Shown in pieces: positions 61,568 through 64,000 of a stretch of DNA of 64,000 nt. Location of the stretch: the NCBI RefSeq assembly GCF_009914755.1, contig NC_060939.1; one strand, given 5' to 3'. A program made the position numbers and the translations under genes. A model generated the notes under the pieces. The model made no database searches, had not been told where the DNA came from, and saw only the letters and a program-made list of their open reading frames with translations. This DNA is from the human T2T-CHM13v2.0 reference genome, Homo sapiens. How positions within the stretch are numbered: the stretch's first letter is position 1; every line of letters starts with the position of its first letter.

Positions 61568-63601
61568 AGCCTGCAGGCACTCTGGAGAGAAGAGGGGAGA
61601 GGGAAAGGCAATACAAGAAGGCCAGGAGTGAAAAAGTCCTTTCTCCCTGGGGGTGGGGAGGGGACAGAGGGTTAAGGGGGGCTGGGGGCCTGTTTCATTT
61701 GCAGGCTGCAAATGCCTCTCCTATTCACCGGCCCACATTCCCAGCCAAGGCGCCTGGCCGCTGACAATGCCAGGAACAGGAACAGAGAAGATTTGCACAT
61801 TGTGTTTAAGGGGCCAGCTGGCTGCCTGTGACAGTGGAGCCAAGGTGTGGGAACCAGAAGCGTTCGACTTCCACACTCAAGTTCTGCGGGTGGGGGTGAG
61901 TGGAGGCCCTGCACACAGAGTAAGGGGGCCCTCCCCCTACAGTTGGGGGCCAATGAGCCTGGGGACATAGGCCTTGTCTAGCTAGAGAGTAAAGCCCAAG
62001 GCAGGAGACCCAAGACCCCTGCATGGAGGGGGTACCAGGCAATTTAGTCTCTGATTCACACCCCATCTGGTGAGGAAGAGAGAATCTCAGTTCCTCTAGA
62101 GATAAACACGCGGCAGCAGCACCCCAGGATCCTGCCCCGCGTGCATTATATTCCCCTGCCCATCCTCCCCGTTCACAAGCTTCTGTTCCTTTGAGCTGTG
62201 CTATCAATTACAAGGGGGGTGGGGTGGGGAGCAAAAGAGAAGCAGAGAGAGAAACAGAGGAGAGACAGAGAGACAGCTTTGTCCCAGAAGGCCACATGTT
62301 CATTTAGTTTTTACCAGGCTCCACAGGCAGGGGACATGAGAAATACAAAAGAAAGAAGCCCTTTAGGAGCTTAAAATCTAGTTGAGGAGACAGATGGAAT
62401 ATCCAGCCACAAAACAGTTACTTAACAATGCAAGCAGCCATCACCAAGAGGGTTTAGCGTGAATGCCACAGACCACAAATGCTCCCTGCCTTAGGAAGGG
62501 GAGGAAGATATGACTGTAAGCAGGATGGTCTTTGGGGAGGGATCAGGTATGGGAAGAACCAGGCAGAAATAGACTTGGAGGAGGCCCAGGGGAGGCAGGC
62601 ACGTCTTGAAGATGGATGGAAGGAAGCCTTCGTACCCCAGAGCAGAGGTGAGCCTCAGTCCAACCCCCTCACCTTATAATCAGAAAAGCAAGGCCCAGAG
62701 AGGGTGGGCAACTTGTCCACAGCCACACAGGATCCCTGGTGTCCAGACAAGGGCTTTTCTACCACACAACTTCTCAGCGGTGTCAGAAAGGGTCAGTTTG
62801 TGCAGTGCTGACTGGCAGGTTAAAGTGTCTGAACCCCATCCATTTGCACCTACCTATGAGCTGAGGCTGGGTACAGGTGAGGCCCTGACATGAGGGTAGG
62901 CCTAGGTATGGGCACTCACTCATCGCTGGGGACAGCAGCTTCCTGTCCTAATGGACAGGCAGATGTGTGTGTTTGAGGAGCTGCGGGGGAGACTTCCTCA
63001 GGCCTCCCTCAGTTAAGCGGGAGAAGAACTTCATTCCTTCAAGAAGGAGAGAAGAACTTGCATTCCACACACCAGGCCTGAGCAACTAACCTCCAGGTGA
63101 TAGAGGCCTCCAGGGTTACCAGCCACTGTGCCAGGAACTACCTCCCTCCATGACCCACCTCCCTACACAGGGCACCCTAAATACCAGGCTGTACTCCCCA
63201 GCAGCTCCTGCCCGCAGTTCTCCTAACCCCCACTCCAACCTGGTTCCACAGACCTCCACCCAGACCCTGCCCCCAGAGCCACACACCATGAGCCTTTTTG
63301 CTGAAAAGGGACTCTAGAATAGCTGGTGAAACTGCCTTCCCTCTGACAAGTTAAAATGATTCAGACTTCAGAAGTAGGAACTGAGGGCCTGAGAGGCTAG
63401 GTGACTTATTGAGGCGGAGAGAGCAGGGGACTAGAACTGGACTTTCTCTCCTCTCCCCATGTCCCACTGCCTCTTTCTAGGAGTCTGGAGTCACCAGGGA
63501 CCTTTCCGGGAATGATACCACAACTAAAGGAGCTCATAATTTAACATGTTTTCACCTCTGTTAGCTCCTCAAAATGATAATAGTTAATATTATTAGTACC
63601 T

Positions 63602-63922
63602 GGCTGGACACGGTGGCTCACACCTGTAATCCCAGCACTTTCGGAGGAAGTGTGTGGATCACTTGAGGTCAGGAGTTAGAGACCAGCCTGGCCAACATGA
63701 TGAAACCCTGTCTCTACTAAAAATATAAAAATTAGCCTGGCATGGTGGCAGGAACCTGTAATCCCAGCTACTCAGGAGGTTGAAGAAGGAGAATTGCTTG
63801 AACCCGGGAGGCAGATGTTGCAGTGAGCTGAGATTGCACCACTGCACTGGGTGATAGAGCGAGACTTGGTCTCAAAAAAAAAAAAATATATATATATATA
63901 TTTATATATATATGTGTGTGTG

Positions 63923-63961
<39 letters not shown>

Positions 63962-64000
63962 GTATGTGTATATATATGTATGTATATATATATATATATA
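63602..64000 (+). repeat. Alu followed by a (TA)n/(TATG)n tail microsatellite
   Basis: Alu consensus, then tatatatgtatg repeats to the window end. Confidence 0.92.

Overview
Human (primate) genomic DNA, very Alu-rich. The minus strand carries the 3' part of IGDCC3 (PUNC; DCC/neogenin-like Ig-FN3 single-pass receptor). Twelve coding exons (exons 3-14, 29335->22283) all have GT-AG boundaries and join into one continuous frame of 2036 nt. A ~1.8-kb 3'UTR ends at an AATAAA at 20520-20525. Exons 1-2 lie beyond the window, so 29336-64000 is one large intron. That intron holds a MER41A-LTR provirus (40855-47695, 4-bp TSD CATC), two CpG-rich islands and several homeobox/SOX/POU-rich unique islands. 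Positions 1-20400 are intergenic and dominated by Alu, L1M, L2, MIR and MLT1. Observations most worth a second look: (1) three local templated-copy scars at Alus within 9 kb (a 73-bp direct copy, a ~177-bp inverted copy and a perfect 14-bp hairpin); (2) a 3'UTR module of four let-7 seed sites around a tandem duplication that doubles a miR-302-family site; (3) unannotated-looking strong splice donors, including a candidate frame-preserving 15-nt microexon between Ig1 and Ig2 and a candidate CpG-island alternative first exon; (4) a tRNA-Glu relic and a duplicated LTR-end/PBS unit inside the provirus. Repeat names and subfamilies are assigned from recalled consensus sequences, not from a database search, and repeat coordinates are approximate.
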